A DNA stretch of 63,817 nucleotides, filler included, from Atractiella rhizophila (GCA_021432655.1; 11 parts of 11 records of this genome joined end to end with filler, not necessarily neighbours in it), one strand, 5' to 3'; positions 44,202 through 57,883 are shown, counted from the whole stretch's first letter. Notes: generated by a model from the letters alone, not told the origin. A program made the numbers and translations.

Positions 44202-46456
44202 AAATACCAAGCAGAAAGAGGGCAGAGTAAGAATAGAGTACAGCCAGCCACAACTTGAAAAAAAAAAAGGCCCCCGAGCCAGTCCGAAACCGTCTTCGAA
44301 ATGGAAGCTACCGCGTGCACTTCGCTGGCAGGTTCAGGTAGTAGCAGTTGTTTAGGGACCTTATGTAATTGCTCAGCTACTACGCTCTCGCTATGGAGCG
44401 GTTCCTCTTGGAGCTGGAAGCAGCACTCCAACTGCTCGAGGCGGTTGCTGATCCCTACGGCTGCGAAGGAGGAGGTGGCGGAGTGTAGCACAGGCGGGAG
44501 TGGGTGAGGGTTGTTCAGGTCGGAGCAAGAGGCTTGGAATGTCCACGTTAATAGCGTGGTAGCGGAGGGTAGTAGCAAGGACCGGTCTAACGTCAGGGCT
44601 GAGGAAGACCTCCGCAAAGTCGGCGACTTAAGCGGCGTCGGCAGGTTCGAGTCTTAGTTCGACGTCACGTTCGACCTATGCCAGCAGTTTAAGGCTGAGA
44701 AGAGCGCGTTTCTCCTGTCTTGTAGGTAAAACCTTAGGGACGGCCAGGACCGGAGAAGGTACTAGGACGAGTACCTGACTGTTGACGACGCAACGAGAGG
44801 GGACGACCTAAGGTAGGGGTAGGAGTTCCTGTGGGGCAAGCTCTTGGGTCGGCGCCGAGTCGAGATAAGTCGGTGACCAGTTAACAAGCCGCGACCTGGC
44901 TACAACTCACGGGGCCGAGTCAGTCGACGTGTACCGTTAAGGAAGCTGCGAAGTAAGCGCCCACACGTATAGTTCAGCCTTAGCCTACTACTCTTCTCGT
45001 TCCTCTACTTCTTCGGCGGAAGCTGAAGACCTAGCCTTTCGGAGTTCAGCGGGTTGTGGAGTTCGTGAGGACTTAGGCGGAGGAGCAAGTAAAGACGGAG
45101 GGGAGGGCAGAGGCAGCGAGTCGTCGTCGTCGTTTAACGGCGCTCGAACCCGTAGCTAAAACGCCGGCGATTAGTGCGACCAGAAACCCCGTCACTTCGG
45201 CGTTTTACCACTGCTACAAGAACGAAGCAGACAGAGAAGCCTTCCTTCGTCCTCTCCCAGCTAGCGCGTCGTCCGAGTTGGATTAACCATATTATACTCA
45301 GACCTACGCTTGTTATCACGAATACCAGAGAAGCGAACTAAGCAAAGGAAGCTAGAAGAACTACATGAGCAGGAGAAGAGTTAGACCAAGCCAAGCCATG
45401 CTATACGCTGTACGCTGTACGATACGCCACTAGAAAGTCATACTCTTCGGAAATAAAGTAGGACCGAAGTTTAACGAGGAGAAAAGAAGTCTAACTACAA
45501 ATTTCCGAAGCCACTTCTATTATTCACAGCCTGTAGACATTTCAAACCAGACGAGAAAGCATAGAAGAGTGAAGGCAGCCATCGCAAGACCAAGGGTAAT
45601 AATTGAGAATAATAGCTGAACTAATGGAGAAGAGCGAAGTGATTTTCTCCTACGAGAAGAGTCCAATGGGAAGAGTTGGGTCCTTATTTAGAAGTTGCCG
45701 AACGAAAAGTAGCAAGGAAATGGGCTTTGGGAAATAGGAGGTTACAGAATATAACTAGACAGCGACACAGATAGAAGTGGAGGTTGACCACTCCAACAAT
45801 AGGTTGCAGGTTGAAACCGCAAAGAGCTGAGAGTAAGGGGATGGCAAGAGATTAAACAATAAACCTTGACGAGGAGCAACAGCCTACAGCACACATTTTA
45901 AAGACGTATTAGTTATTTGTATGTATTTGTAATGAAACCTCGCCTAGGAACAACTCATCTCACTGGGGCTCTCCCGCTGCCTCGTACTTGTACTCCTACT
46001 GTAACCGTAGTTTCTAACTCTTGAAACTTTCCTTGCTGCGCTAACTGTTGAAGTTGACTTGCTAAACGTCGTCCATTTACTTGTGTAAAACTCCAGACCA
46101 CTGGAAAGGAAAGAGTTCGTCTGTTATGTCACCTCTACTTTTTTGAACTGGCTTAGACCGTCTGAAACTTTCCGCCGCCAACCCAGAACTTTAAACCACT
46201 ACATTCAGGCATTCGGGACGCGCTACCTTAGTGCCATCTCACGACCTTCCCGTCCTAACACCATCCGCTCCATCTCCGACAACTGCTACACCTCGGGGGT
46301 CATCAGCCACTGCGAACTCCCAGATGTCAACCCACAAGGGACAACGTCGTCAAATCCTCAAACCCACCCTCGTTGGCACCCTTGAGTGGCTTACTAATCA
46401 AGGTTGTTCTCAGGGGTCTGTCGTAGGTAGAGCAGCGATAGAACGAGCTACCCATC
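44202..46456. other. Mirror-reversed block holding the 3' part of the bHLH gene (44202-45212) and the 3' end of the karyopherin gene (~46114-46456)
   Basis: Complement read left to right from 44202: FM|intron|ALAEALPSMAHVKRPSKSIIVNKSLEYINESMMRERYLAKENLDLRREVDELRQRLG...GSEAAKW* (stop 45210-45212). Read right to left from 46456: LPIEQDSDEMDAVWGLLLELIIR|EHP. Confidence 0.95.
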
Positions 46457-46762
46457 TCGACCGTTCAATGACTCCCTCCTCGCTCTCTCAATAGCGTTAT
46501 GCGTTGCCCTCCTCTCTGCCGAGCTCAAACTGCTCTTCTTCACTTTGCCACTCTTGGGGTCCAAACCATCTTCCCCAATCGCCCCGTTTCCTGACAAGTC
46601 CATGGCTCCAAAGAGTCCTGAGTCGTTTAAGTTGGAGCCATTGTTGGGCGAATTCGAATCGGTTTCGGAGGGAGAGGAAGCAGGAGGGTCGGAACTGGAG
46701 AACGTGGCTCCGGAGATGATGGAGGTAGAATTGGCGTAGTACTCTGGATGAGGAATCGTCAT
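46457..46762 (-). CDS. bHLH(-zipper) transcription factor, first part; remainder mirrored at 44202-45212
   Basis: Basic region AERRATHNAIERARRESLNGR joins in frame to FMALAEALP..KRPSKSIIVNKSLEYI in the mirrored block. Confidence 0.9.
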
Positions 46763-49154
46763 CTTTGCTAAATGATTATTTTCTCGGTTGGGAAAAACTG
46801 GTTCGGAAGGGACAATTGGTACGAAATGATGTGGCGATCGGTTTTCGGGACGATGCGAATGAAAGTACGAGGATTATGAACTCTTCTTCTCGGGACTGAT
46901 TGAGAGGCGAAAATCGACGGATGGAGTGCTGAGCGTTGATGAATCGGAATGCTGTAGAATAACCCGATTAGGACCGACCCACCAAACCATCCCCACCTCG
47001 CCCAACCTGCTGAGTCAAGGAGGCAACTCACCTGGATTTTCACAAAGAATTATCAACAATATCTTCTCTTCTCTCGACTGCGAGAGAAATACTGCACTCC
47101 TCAACGGTTAAGGAAATCGACAAGGTTGATGACACAAAGAAGTGGCCGAAGGTTTTGAAGAATACTCCTCTTTCTTCGGTGCAAACTACTCAAACCAGCG
47201 ACAAATCACTGACGAGGTGCGCCTAGGATGTTGGAAGTACCCTGAGAGCTCTGGTATGGGGAGTCGAGGATATAATCGCCTGGGTCGTTTCTTGTTTCCA
47301 AGAGCAGGATGGAAATCCGAAATCGACAAGGGGTCGCTAAGGGCTAAAGGCTTGTTAATAGCTTGACGAAAGCTGGCAAAGGCTGGTATAGGCTGTAAAA
47401 CAGGCTGGTTAAGCGAGGAAAATGGCGGTAATAGCTGAATGTCAGGGAGGCTCGCGAGTCTAGGAATTGGCCACCGTCCCTAGTCAACATTTTTCCTGCA
47501 ACAAAGAGTAAGGACATACAAAACTCAAGCGGCACCTATGACGAGGGAAGGCGGATAGAAGAGGCGGAGGGGGAGGGGCGACCAGAGATCACTCTGACAT
47601 CCAAAGCAGGCTGATGGGGGGAAGAAGAAAGTTGAAGTGTCCCTCCCTAATAAGAGCTCACTCCGGCTCCGGACTTCAATTCTCCCGGCTTGAATGCGAT
47701 CGGCGGACACCAGAACGTTAACCTCAACCCAGCCGAATGGGCAAACCTTAATCCTGGGTATAGAAGTTGTCTTATTAATGTTTGTGGCCACCACCCAAAT
47801 TCCCAAATTGTGTGGTCATTACACTTCAACATCTCTCTGTTTCTCCTGGCGCTACAGTTGTGTTGTTACTGCAATGCCAGCACTCAGCATTCAACCAAAG
47901 GGAGGCAGGCTTGCAGCCGATGGGAGAACAGGGTTGTTTAATTGCTTCCATTAGCGTTGCACTAAAAAAAGCGGGTCCGAAACCGATACATCGGATATTA
48001 ATTGGCTCTATCAATGCCAGATTTGCGTTTGAGCTTTCCGAGCTGAGGAGCCAATCACTCTCAATCTCCATCCAAGACGAAGGAGAGTCAAGGACATCGC
48101 CTGTCGACACGTCTCTGTTCTTCGTTACGGACACGATCCGGCGGCGCGCAGGCATTCGTGGTCGCTTCGACATTTCTGAGGACGACAACCGGCCCTTCAC
48201 GTCAGCTTTGCCTGTTGCTGTTGTTCCTTTCGTTGCCACATCGCATCGCATCACCGCATCACCAGTCACCAGAAAGGAAGCTGAAGGAAGGAAACAGGAG
48301 AGGGATCAGAAACGGTCCGTATCAGCAAATCGATTAGAGCCCCGCTTTTTCTTGCTCCCTTCGTGTTAAGGACACAAGGAGAGGACATTTATGTAAGAGC
48401 AGAAGGACGAATCGGGAGCACGAGAACGCGAGGGCGGGGACAATGAGTGAGTCCAAGAACCTCGCTGCTGTTTCGCGTTGCGCGATCAGTTGATGGAAGG
48501 ATCTTGCTTCATCTTCATCAAATCTTGCAGCGGGGTAAGTAGTGAAGAGTACAAACAGATTCGACTGTGACATCTCGAAGAGACTGTGCCTGTTGTTGGC
48601 AATGGACTGCCGTCACCAACACCAAGGACTGTGCATCGATGCAAGCACTTCCCCGAGCTATCCGGCCCGCATCGTTCGATTGATGAGGAGGAGGACAGGG
48701 CGAAATCTACGGGTCTGAAACAATTCCCCCTTCGAAGTGTGGGCTAGTTCCTACCTCGCTCTCCGACGCACAGAGAATGACAAATGCCCATGGGTGTCAG
48801 GTCCAAGTAGTGATTGACGGCTTCCATCCTAGATTCCCCTTCCTTTCCGTGATATCACAAGTTACAGTTTGGAATGGCGAGGCGCGAGCAGAGAGGGATG
48901 AAGGATGTGCTAAAAGCAGCTAGATTGGCGGATACCGAAAAGATCGTTTCCACCGAGGTCACCTTGAGGCAATGACAGCTGGGGACGATTGGCAGAGGAG
49001 GGAAGCTGAGCAGAGCAGGCTGGGAAGAGATGGGTGGACGAAGCCCTTTTATTTATGAGCGCGGAGGGAGCAGACTCGCGCGCATGCTAGCTAGGTGCCA
49101 TCGAAGCATGGAAAGGCGCACGGCTACGTGACCGATCACACTGAGGAGGGTTGG

Positions 49155-49254
49155 NNNNNNNNNNNNNNNNNNNNNNNNNNNNNNNNNNNNNNNNNNNNTT
49201 AATTAATTAANNNNNNNNNNNNNNNNNNNNNNNNNNNNNNNNNNNNNNNNNNNN
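49155..49254. other. Artificial scaffold linker
   Basis: N44-TTAATTAATTAA-N44. Confidence 0.98.
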
Positions 49255-49769
49255 TTAATGTACTGCCCTTGCTTCATTCCATCAGACGTGAGCTGATACA
49301 TGAGACAGATCACTCTGTCGACCCAAGGAGGTGAGAACTCGACCTCGCTCTCAATTATGGTACTGAATGCTAGGGTCAGGTCATTCTTCTGTGCCACCAG
49401 TTCATACGGGTAGAGTTCTCTCCTTTTTATGCTCGAGCACAATGCTCACCTCTCCATGGCAGGGATTGGCATTATATCTCGCATCGTTACCACACTGGAA
49501 GCCAATCCTCACATCCCTGATCTTACACCCACCAACCCTTACTATACAATGCTCAAGTGTGGTGCCGAGCACAGTCCTGACTTCCCTCCCAAGCTGAGGA
49601 CCCTCGTGAAGAAGGCGGACACATGCCCTCACGCGAAGAAGCAGCTGGAGCGGGAAATCGTGAAAACCCAGCCACGGGCAACCGAGATGTTGTTTACAAC
49701 CAGTCAAGCTATTGGTCTGTTGGTCTATCTTTCTCCATGTACGGAGATCGTGATGAACCACGTTTAGAC

Positions 49770-50200
49770 ATTATTGGCGGCGGGGTGAAAGTCAATGCTC
49801 TCCCAGTACGCAACCGAATTCTCCCCTTGAAAGGCTCAAGTTGATTGTGTTACAGGAGCTCACCTTTGTTGTGGTCGACCACCGTATCAGGCCAGGAAGT
49901 ACACCTGAGGTGCGTAATTCTCATCATATCTTTCTGACTTCTCTGTGGTCGAGCGTAATGGAACTAGGACATCATGGAACATGTAGCCTCCCTTATCGAC
50001 CCGATTGCGCAAGAGTTCAGCCTTGATGTTGAAGCTTTTGGCATAAGCAGAAATCACTCGACTTCTGAAGAGTGGGGAGGAGCTCTCAAACTTACAGCAA
50101 TCAAGTGAGGCATTCAACTCCTCCAAAGCTTGCCTGCTCTGCTCATAACTTGAATGAAGGCCACTCAATCCTGCTCCGGTGTCTCCACCCAATGATGCTT
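49770..50200 (+). pseudogene. Possible decayed PP-loop (TilS-like) gene fragment
   Basis: IIGGGVKVNAL resembles a degenerate SGGxDSxAL loop and FVVVDHRIRPGSTPE resembles VDHxLRxxSxxE; stops follow downstream. Similarity judged by eye only. Confidence 0.3.
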
Positions 50201-50911
50201 GGGCCAAATTATCAGGTACTATCCGACATGTCTACGAGAATGATGAATATCCCAAGGTCATTGTTGCGCCGGCGATCATGACGGGTGAGCGCTAGGATCA
50301 ACATATGTGAAACTATTTTCTGATGAAAGAACTCTAATAGGAAACACTGATACACGTCACATGTGGCCACTAAGCAAGAGTATTTATCGCTTCTCTCCCT
50401 CCCATGCGTCCTCTACCTCGAGCGGCATCCCAGACGGGATTCACACTGTTAACGAGCGTTCATCTGTGGACGACCGTACGTAATCCCTAAGTCTTCGCGG
50501 TAGGGAGCTGATAAATATTGATTACAGTTGTTCGTGCCGCCTACTTCATTCACTCGCTGATCAAAAACTTCGATTAATCTGCGCCATTGTATTGATCGGC
50601 AGCCTGAAAGCAATATACATGTACCAGCCCAAAGTACCTTGTGCACCCCCTCGTTCTGCTAAACTTGTTGGACCTTGAGAATGAGGAGTCGCTGTCCCCA
50701 ATGCCTGTGCAGGAGTTTAGATCTCAGTCGGCATTAGCCTGAAAGCTGCAGGTTCAGGTTCACGCTATTGAAACTGTTAAAGAGACTCCCTCAATCAAGT
50801 TTACTCATCGCCGTTGAATAAAACCCGTGGTGGTCATGAGCGCGTATGGACACAGAAGATATAGATTTCAAAGCAATCCCAATCCCAATTCTACTGCATG
50901 CGGTAAGGTAC

Positions 50912-51517
<606 letters not shown>

Positions 51518-51617
51518 NNNNNNNNNNNNNNNNNNNNNNNNNNNNNNNNNNNNNNNNNNNNTTAATTAATTAANNNNNNNNNNNNNNNNNNNNNNNNNNN
51601 NNNNNNNNNNNNNNNNN
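51518..51617. other. Artificial scaffold linker
   Basis: N44-TTAATTAATTAA-N44. Confidence 0.98.
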
Positions 51618-53080
51618 GAATTTTGAAAGGACTGTTGTGGGCGGTGATATAAGGGCTCAAAAGTACATGTGTGAGTCATGGTCAAAACCCGTCGTGCTTT
51701 ATATATAAGGATTGTTTATCAGTAAATGCACCAATGTGATGTGCAAGTGCAACATTAGAAACGAGGGACAAGTTTGGAAAGAACATGAGCATCCGTGATG
51801 CTGGACCCAGTTGGTACGCGGTCTAAACAAAGAGGTAAGTGTTCATGTCACATCTTGAAGAGAGTATCATACCACTGGGGTATCCTGAACTCTGGAACGA
51901 AGGGTGGATCGGAATATCGGTGAAGCTGCTCAGTCTATCAGCTTCGTGAAAAGTAAAAGGAAAAGAATACGGGCTTTGATCCTGAAATAGAGCTTGCATT
52001 CTTCTTTGCATAACTTCGATTCTCTGCTCTTCGCTCCTTTCCTGTCGCAGAGGGAGTTAAATGCTGAGTCAAAGACAGAGCTGCTAGAGCTTCAAGAAGA
52101 GCAGGATTAACTTCGAACTTCAAACCCTTATTTTCCATTTACGTCTCAGTTTGAGATTCACTCTCTGCTTTTGATGTAGTCTGTGTTGCCTAAAGGAGCA
52201 ACTTGTTCAAGGGTTCTCTGATAAAACAATTGCATCTTCGATGAAAGGAAATGTGAAAGTCTGGTCACTGGGAATGTCCCTCCTCAATCACTCGAACAGG
52301 CTACGTCAAAGTTCCAATTCAGGTGCTAATGTTCTTTGTGGACTCATTCCGATCCCTCATGGTGTGTGTTAGAATGGACCGTTAATTTCGGACTACTTTC
52401 AAGCTTACATTATACATAGCAACTGAGCAGGACCATAAAGAGTGAACTCTTCAGTATTTACTATAGAGAACTCTTTCACAAATGCCTACAAATTTGTTTC
52501 TCAGTACTTCCACCTGAAGTAAAGACTGGGATGCCAATGGTTGGTCCTGATGGACAGGCACGAACCGTGACACCTGATATTCTCGATCAAGTTGATAAGC
52601 CTTACCTTGACCATATTGTCAAGTGGACATTTGCCCTTATTAAGCAGCGAGAAAAAGGCTCACGAAGTCTACGGTTAAAAGTCGAAATAGAGAACCGGGT
52701 GATATTTCAGTGGGGGAATCAATTTCACTCAATGGACTGCTAGCGATTCTCGAGATCTTCGAAAGGTATGTGCTGCTTAAGTCAGTTACACCACTGAATT
52801 ATACAACCTACCTAGATATTGATTGCCTGCCTGCCAAATCTTGATCTACCAGCCGACATTATTTGATCTCATAGAGTAGATGCCAACATATGTAATTACA
52901 TCCACTTCCGCCGTCATGATGAGGAGACAATCAATGATCCTGAAGAGAACATCAATTTCTATTACCAATTTCGATCGGCCTTTGATGCTGTGAGACAGGG
53001 TAAGAATGGGAAAGTTTTGGGATATTGTCTTCCGCGAAAGCATATCCATAATCATTACCCTGACCTCATTCGCCAGTTTG

Positions 53081-53160
53081 GAGTGTGTGTCCGAGGAGCG
53101 TGTGTCCAAGGAGCGTGTGTCCGAGGAGCGTGTGTCTGAGGAGCGTGTGTCGGACACACG
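53081..53160. repeat. 15-bp minisatellite (GAGCGTGTGTCCGAG, ~4.7 copies) ending in a near-palindrome
   Basis: Units at 53081, 53096, 53111, 53126, 53141; CGTGTGTC-G-GACACACG at 53144-53160. Confidence 0.9.
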
Positions 53161-53959
53161 ACAGACCAGCACTGAGCACATGTCTATTACAGATACTGGT
53201 AATGTAATGTACTGTAGTGCTTTTTTAATGTAATGTAATGCACTGTTTTTCTCCCATACTTTCCAGTACAAAGTAATGGAATTACCATTATCAGAATCCT
53301 GGACTGATGCCTAGTAATACATAATAATCATTTCTTACACATCACATTCTCCCACATGGCATAAAAATAGCCAAAAGTTTACATCCTACCACTGTAGTAG
53401 AACTGAAGGGGAAAGCAGACCCATGGGGAGAATCGACCATGACTACATAACAAATTAATCAGACTGAACAAATAACAAGTTATAAGGTCCTTGCTGCATA
53501 AAGCGATCTTGGAAGCCTAAAAAATGAAATAACCCAATTCAGTTCTAGGCATTAGGGTCAAACTACAAACTCCTGCTTATGCATTTCTCACCAAAAGACG
53601 ACAAGTTATAAGCTTCTGTGGCACAAAAGGATGTAATGGATTGGTTCTGTCGCGCTCGGAGGAGGTGCACCTTCCAACCGCTGGAACAGTTACAGAGATC
53701 CCACTTTCTTGCTCATGTTCCTTTTTTTTGCTCCTGTCGCTTAGAAGTTCCTCAAACCAGTTAATGTGATGTGTGACATATTTGCATAAAATGCCTCTCC
53801 AGATTGTAAGGCAGTACAAGCATCACACAATATCTCTCCCTTCTGCCATCTCTAGCTCTTCTACTGGCGGCACCTTTATACCCTCCTTACACCACCACCT
53901 ATTATCATCACCGGGGCTGCTTCCCACCTGTCAAAAGATTCCATCAACAATGACTTGCT

Positions 53960-55900
53960 AAGAAGAGAACCAACTGACCTGGACCCAAGTTCATGTTCTT
54001 TGCATTGCATGCATCACTTGCCATTGCACCATGCCTTGTGGGATTCTCAAAGACAACAAGAACTGTCTGCCCCGGATGCAGTCTCTCGAAAACTGGTATA
54101 AACTTTTTCTCCACCTGCAAAAAAGTCACCTTCAAAGCTCACAGCTGTATGTACCTGAAAAGCATACCTGTTCAATAAGCTTCACAGCATCCCAATAGCC
54201 TTCATGGCCCTTTCCATATTCCAGCTGCTCTCCTACATCTTCCAGCCAACCATATGTTGAACAATTAAAATCAGACCAATGAATCCCCTTCCTGTACCTT
54301 TCTTCCGACGCTTTGACTGACCACCCAAGCACCATGAATGGTGCTGACCGTCATTGGCAGTGAAGGTGAACTCACCATGGAAAATAACAACAACTTCGGT
54401 AACATCAGAAGGGAGGTCTTTCATGAGATCTTTTCAATATCATCGATGTAGTGTCGACGCATGTGAGGGAAGAAGCTTTCCCATGTCAGAATGAAGATGT
54501 TCTGATGGTAATTAACAACATTTGGTCATTCATGGCCATTGCAAAAAATGTCAGGTTCTCTTTTGACAGCACAGACATAAAGCCATTAACTCAACATAAA
54601 GACCTTTTTATGATTGGTTCACTTAAAGCCTTCTCTTTTCAACCATCGTCAAGCAGTGCTCCCAGCAATTCCTCACTTCCCTGGCTTATTTTTTCAAGGT
54701 AATGCTTTAGTCCTTTTGGCATCTGGTGTTCCAGCTCCATCTGAACATATTTACGGTGCTCCTGTGAGAAAAGTGTGGAGAGGATATAATTGCTGATCTT
54801 TGTTGGGTCCATGTTCCATTTCTGCTGACAGAGCCATGCTCGTATACCAGCACAAAGCTTTTCATCGTTCAGCGTCCTGTCGTCACAGTAATAAGGAATG
54901 AAGGTTAAGTTAAAGGCAGACCTCTATTGAGACCGGAACCTCTCCCGTCTCCTCATAATGTCTTACCCATACCCGAATACATCTTGCTCCATACATCCTT
55001 ATGAAACGATACTTTGATGCCTCAACACGTCCTCTCTTCCTACTCTTCAACAGATTATAAAATGATCCTAGTGTCCTCACTTTCCTGGCCTGCAGCTCTA
55101 CGTTAAATTTTCCCTTCCAAGACACTTCCCGATTGCCGCTGCTTGCTTCCTGTACTGCTCCATCACTTGCTCCTTCCATTTTGCACTCTCTTCCTTCATG
55201 CACTTATTAAACCACGATGTTTGCGGCAAGGTGGTGTCAGGTCTCCATCATCTTTTGTCTTCAAGCGCTTTCCATCTATTATTATGCTTTGAGTCAAGGT
55301 GGAATGAGAGGTGGAATGAGAGAGCGGAGCCAAGGTCGAATGTAGATGAGTGCAATCGGATGGGGAATTAGGTGATGAAGACAAAGGGAGGTGTTGACAA
55401 TCAATTTCATAATCGTTGTCTTCATCAGAAAGGTCTATGAAGTTGTCATTGAGAGAGTTTGGAAGGCAAGAAAGAGGAGCAAGTGAGGGGAAAGGAGTAG
55501 GGGATGGTGGTGATAGAGCAAAAGATGGTATTATAAAGCTGAAGCCATCGAGCTTCATATAATTTCTGCGAAGAAGCATCAGAGTCTGAAGCAATGACAA
55601 ACAGACATACTGTGCCCTCTTTATTCGCTCCTCCTCATGTCTCCATTTTGTTGTCCCCCCTTGCTTGTGCTCCAACTTCAAGTATCCAACACCGGCTGTC
55701 TTTGCTCTCTTGAACGGACCTGCTCCAACCTTCCACTGTTCTTTATCCTTTTCCTTCATCAATTCATCATAAACAGATCCTGGAAGCTCATCCAGACCAA
55801 TGAGGAGCTCCTCTCGACGCTCTCTTGTCAGCGGCACCACCTCATCCTCAAGTATCCAGTCCTCTATATCCTCCTCCTCCAATACTCTTCATTCTCTTCA
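53960..55900 (-). mobile_element. Degraded DDE transposase, IS630/Tc1-mariner-like fungal family; boundaries approximate
   Basis: Fragments in several frames: IRVWVRHYEETGEVP, NGHE*PNVVNYHQ, VIFHGEFTFTANDGQHHSW..KKGTGRG, IHWSDF, YGKGHEGYW, IPVFERLHPG..VVFENPTRH..ASDACNAKNMNLGPG. The expected catalytic HDES and FDN positions are mutated; many stops. Confidence 0.75.
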
Positions 55901-56319
55901 GCTTCATTTTCACCAATCACTGATTCCCGCTCCTCATCAGGGTCCACCTCTTCATCCCCTTCACATTTCACATCATACCATGAAAGAAGAACCGGGTCAA
56001 TTGGTCTGTTGGAGGATAAATTGGCAAGTCAGCCTGAGAAAGTGAATCGATTCTGATAACCGGTACTGATGGAAGCATTGTGAGCAGGTGAGAAGGAGCA
56101 TGAAAGTGATGAGGAGGATGAACTGACCACTGAACCTGCAGCCGTTAGTGCAACCTATGAATTGACCTTAGCTCAAGAAGAAGAGGCTGCCATGCAGCAA
56201 ATGGTGCTGCTGCTGCATTGTTTTCTTCTTTGTGATGTTGGCTTGTCGTGCATGAAGGGTTTGCTGCTTCTGTTGAGCCTGCCCTCTGGTGGGTCTCTAC
56301 CCTAAACGGCCTTCCCTTT

Positions 56320-57214
56320 TATCCTAAGGGTTCTGCTCGATCTCCCCAAATGGACCACGACGAGTGCTGATCTGAATGAGCTAGCTGAAAGAAGTGTTCA
56401 AAACAGTGTTGCTTTTTGTCATTGTCAGCAACCAGAGGAGCTTCAAAGTTATCCAAAATAAGAAGACATTTTTGACTTCTGAAGTAGATGGCCACGTTCT
56501 CAAGTGAGGTCTTACTAGACTGGGATGGCGTGAAGGTATCTTTGCAAATGTGGTCCAAGCCTAACCGTGGGTTCGATCCTACTCCTACTTTATGCTTCCC
56601 ACCATATGGACGGAAAAGCAATGGTAGTGATGTCCCAAACGTTGTTCTTGCATCATGATTTTCAGCTGATTAGCCACAGGATCCATCGTCAATGATGGCT
56701 TTCACAGCCCCCTCAATCTTAGCTATCGTATGACGCAATGGGACAGCCTGAGTGAACCCTGACCCCAAAGATACAAGACAGGCTACTTGGCTTCTTTGTC
56801 CCCAAATCCTTTGTGACACCTCAGTCGCTAATGCTGCTGGGTCATTTTTTCCCATGGCGAACGATGATAGGATGGAAGAAGTCAGGATCAGGAAGGTGCT
56901 CTTGCTGCCTTCCACACCACACCACACATTGAGCAGCAAAGGGAGCTGAATGCGGACGTCATGTGTGCGTGCCTCTGTCAAAACAATGGCGTCTGATGCG
57001 TATCTTGAGCCGATAGAACTTCTGCATCAATCCACAACAGTGCCATCCTTCTTAGGTAGTGAGACAATTGTTCTGATGATGGAGCGTGGCATGCAATGAT
57101 GTCAAAGAAGGCGGCTTGGAGCCTCTCCACGGAGTACACGCTGCCTTCTTTCGAGATTAGAGCTTCTTTGGAGAAAACCTGCTGTGCGATCTGCTCATAT
57201 GCACGTATGCATTC
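56320..57214 (-). pseudogene. Decayed paralog of the patatin-STAND NLR at 18239
   Basis: ECIRAYEQIAQQVFSKE..YSVERLQAAFFDII, D*CR, VWKAARA, FFHPIIV, RIWGQRSQVACLVSLGSGFT..AVKAI, then HICKDTF..VAIYFRSQKCLLILDNFEAP. Colinear with the intact gene but with stops, frameshifts and deletions; no GTSTG, Walker A or TPRs seen. Confidence 0.82.
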
Positions 57215-57883
57215 TTAAATAGTCATCCCCAATCGTCTGAGCATGAGGGCAATCCACCCTCCCATGGAAGTGCCGCTACATGCTCCTTTATCTCCAGATC
57301 CTCCTTAACCATCGTCACCCATTGCTTCCCCCGTACTGCTTCTTGGAACGAATCATCCTTTAACCCTTCTTTCTCCATCCATGACTCTGATATCTCCTTC
57401 CCAGCTGCTCCCACAGATGCTCCGGACATCATATTGCAGCAATAGTTCACACTACCTGAGACATATTCAATGCAGCAGATGTTTTGGGTGAATAGGCATT
57501 CCCTCCATCGCTCATGCACAGGACTCAACTTCTCATTTTTGAGAATGGTAATTGGTTTTGATGATAATTGAGAATCCCAAGGTCAGGTCTCTCCAACAGT
57601 CTAAGCTATATTTGAGACCTTCCAGTTCAAGCAGCGGGGCTGAATAGAGCGATTCGCTGGATGTTGTCTTTCGGGATGTATATCCGACTGGATGGATGAT
57701 GCCCGCGTCAAATCGTTGGCTGAGGTGGTTGCGAAACCGTGCCGACATGCATCTGATTGGACAATGAATCCTGAATCTGGAGCAAAGTGTGGAGAGCGTA
57801 AGACCAGAGCGCTGCATAACGCAAGCTTTAGGGAGCTAATAGCATGTCTATACTTGTCGGTTAACTTCCACCCAGGATGTAAC

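Noticed and set aside
44202..46456. RIP-mutated or foreign DNA, or a new biological inversion mechanism
   Set aside because: The odd composition disappears on reversal. A real inversion would be reverse-complemented, and gap adjacency plus homopolymer indels point to an assembly error.
23773..46456. Mirrored blocks 1 and 3 both end in CCCATC, as a possible recombination signal
   Set aside because: Both are Leu-Pro codons at non-equivalent ends relative to the gaps, and block 2 lacks the motif; treated as coincidence.
46770..49154. ORFs upstream of the bHLH gene, e.g. 47782-48369
   Set aside because: No motifs or consistent splice structure; more likely a long 5' UTR and promoter region.
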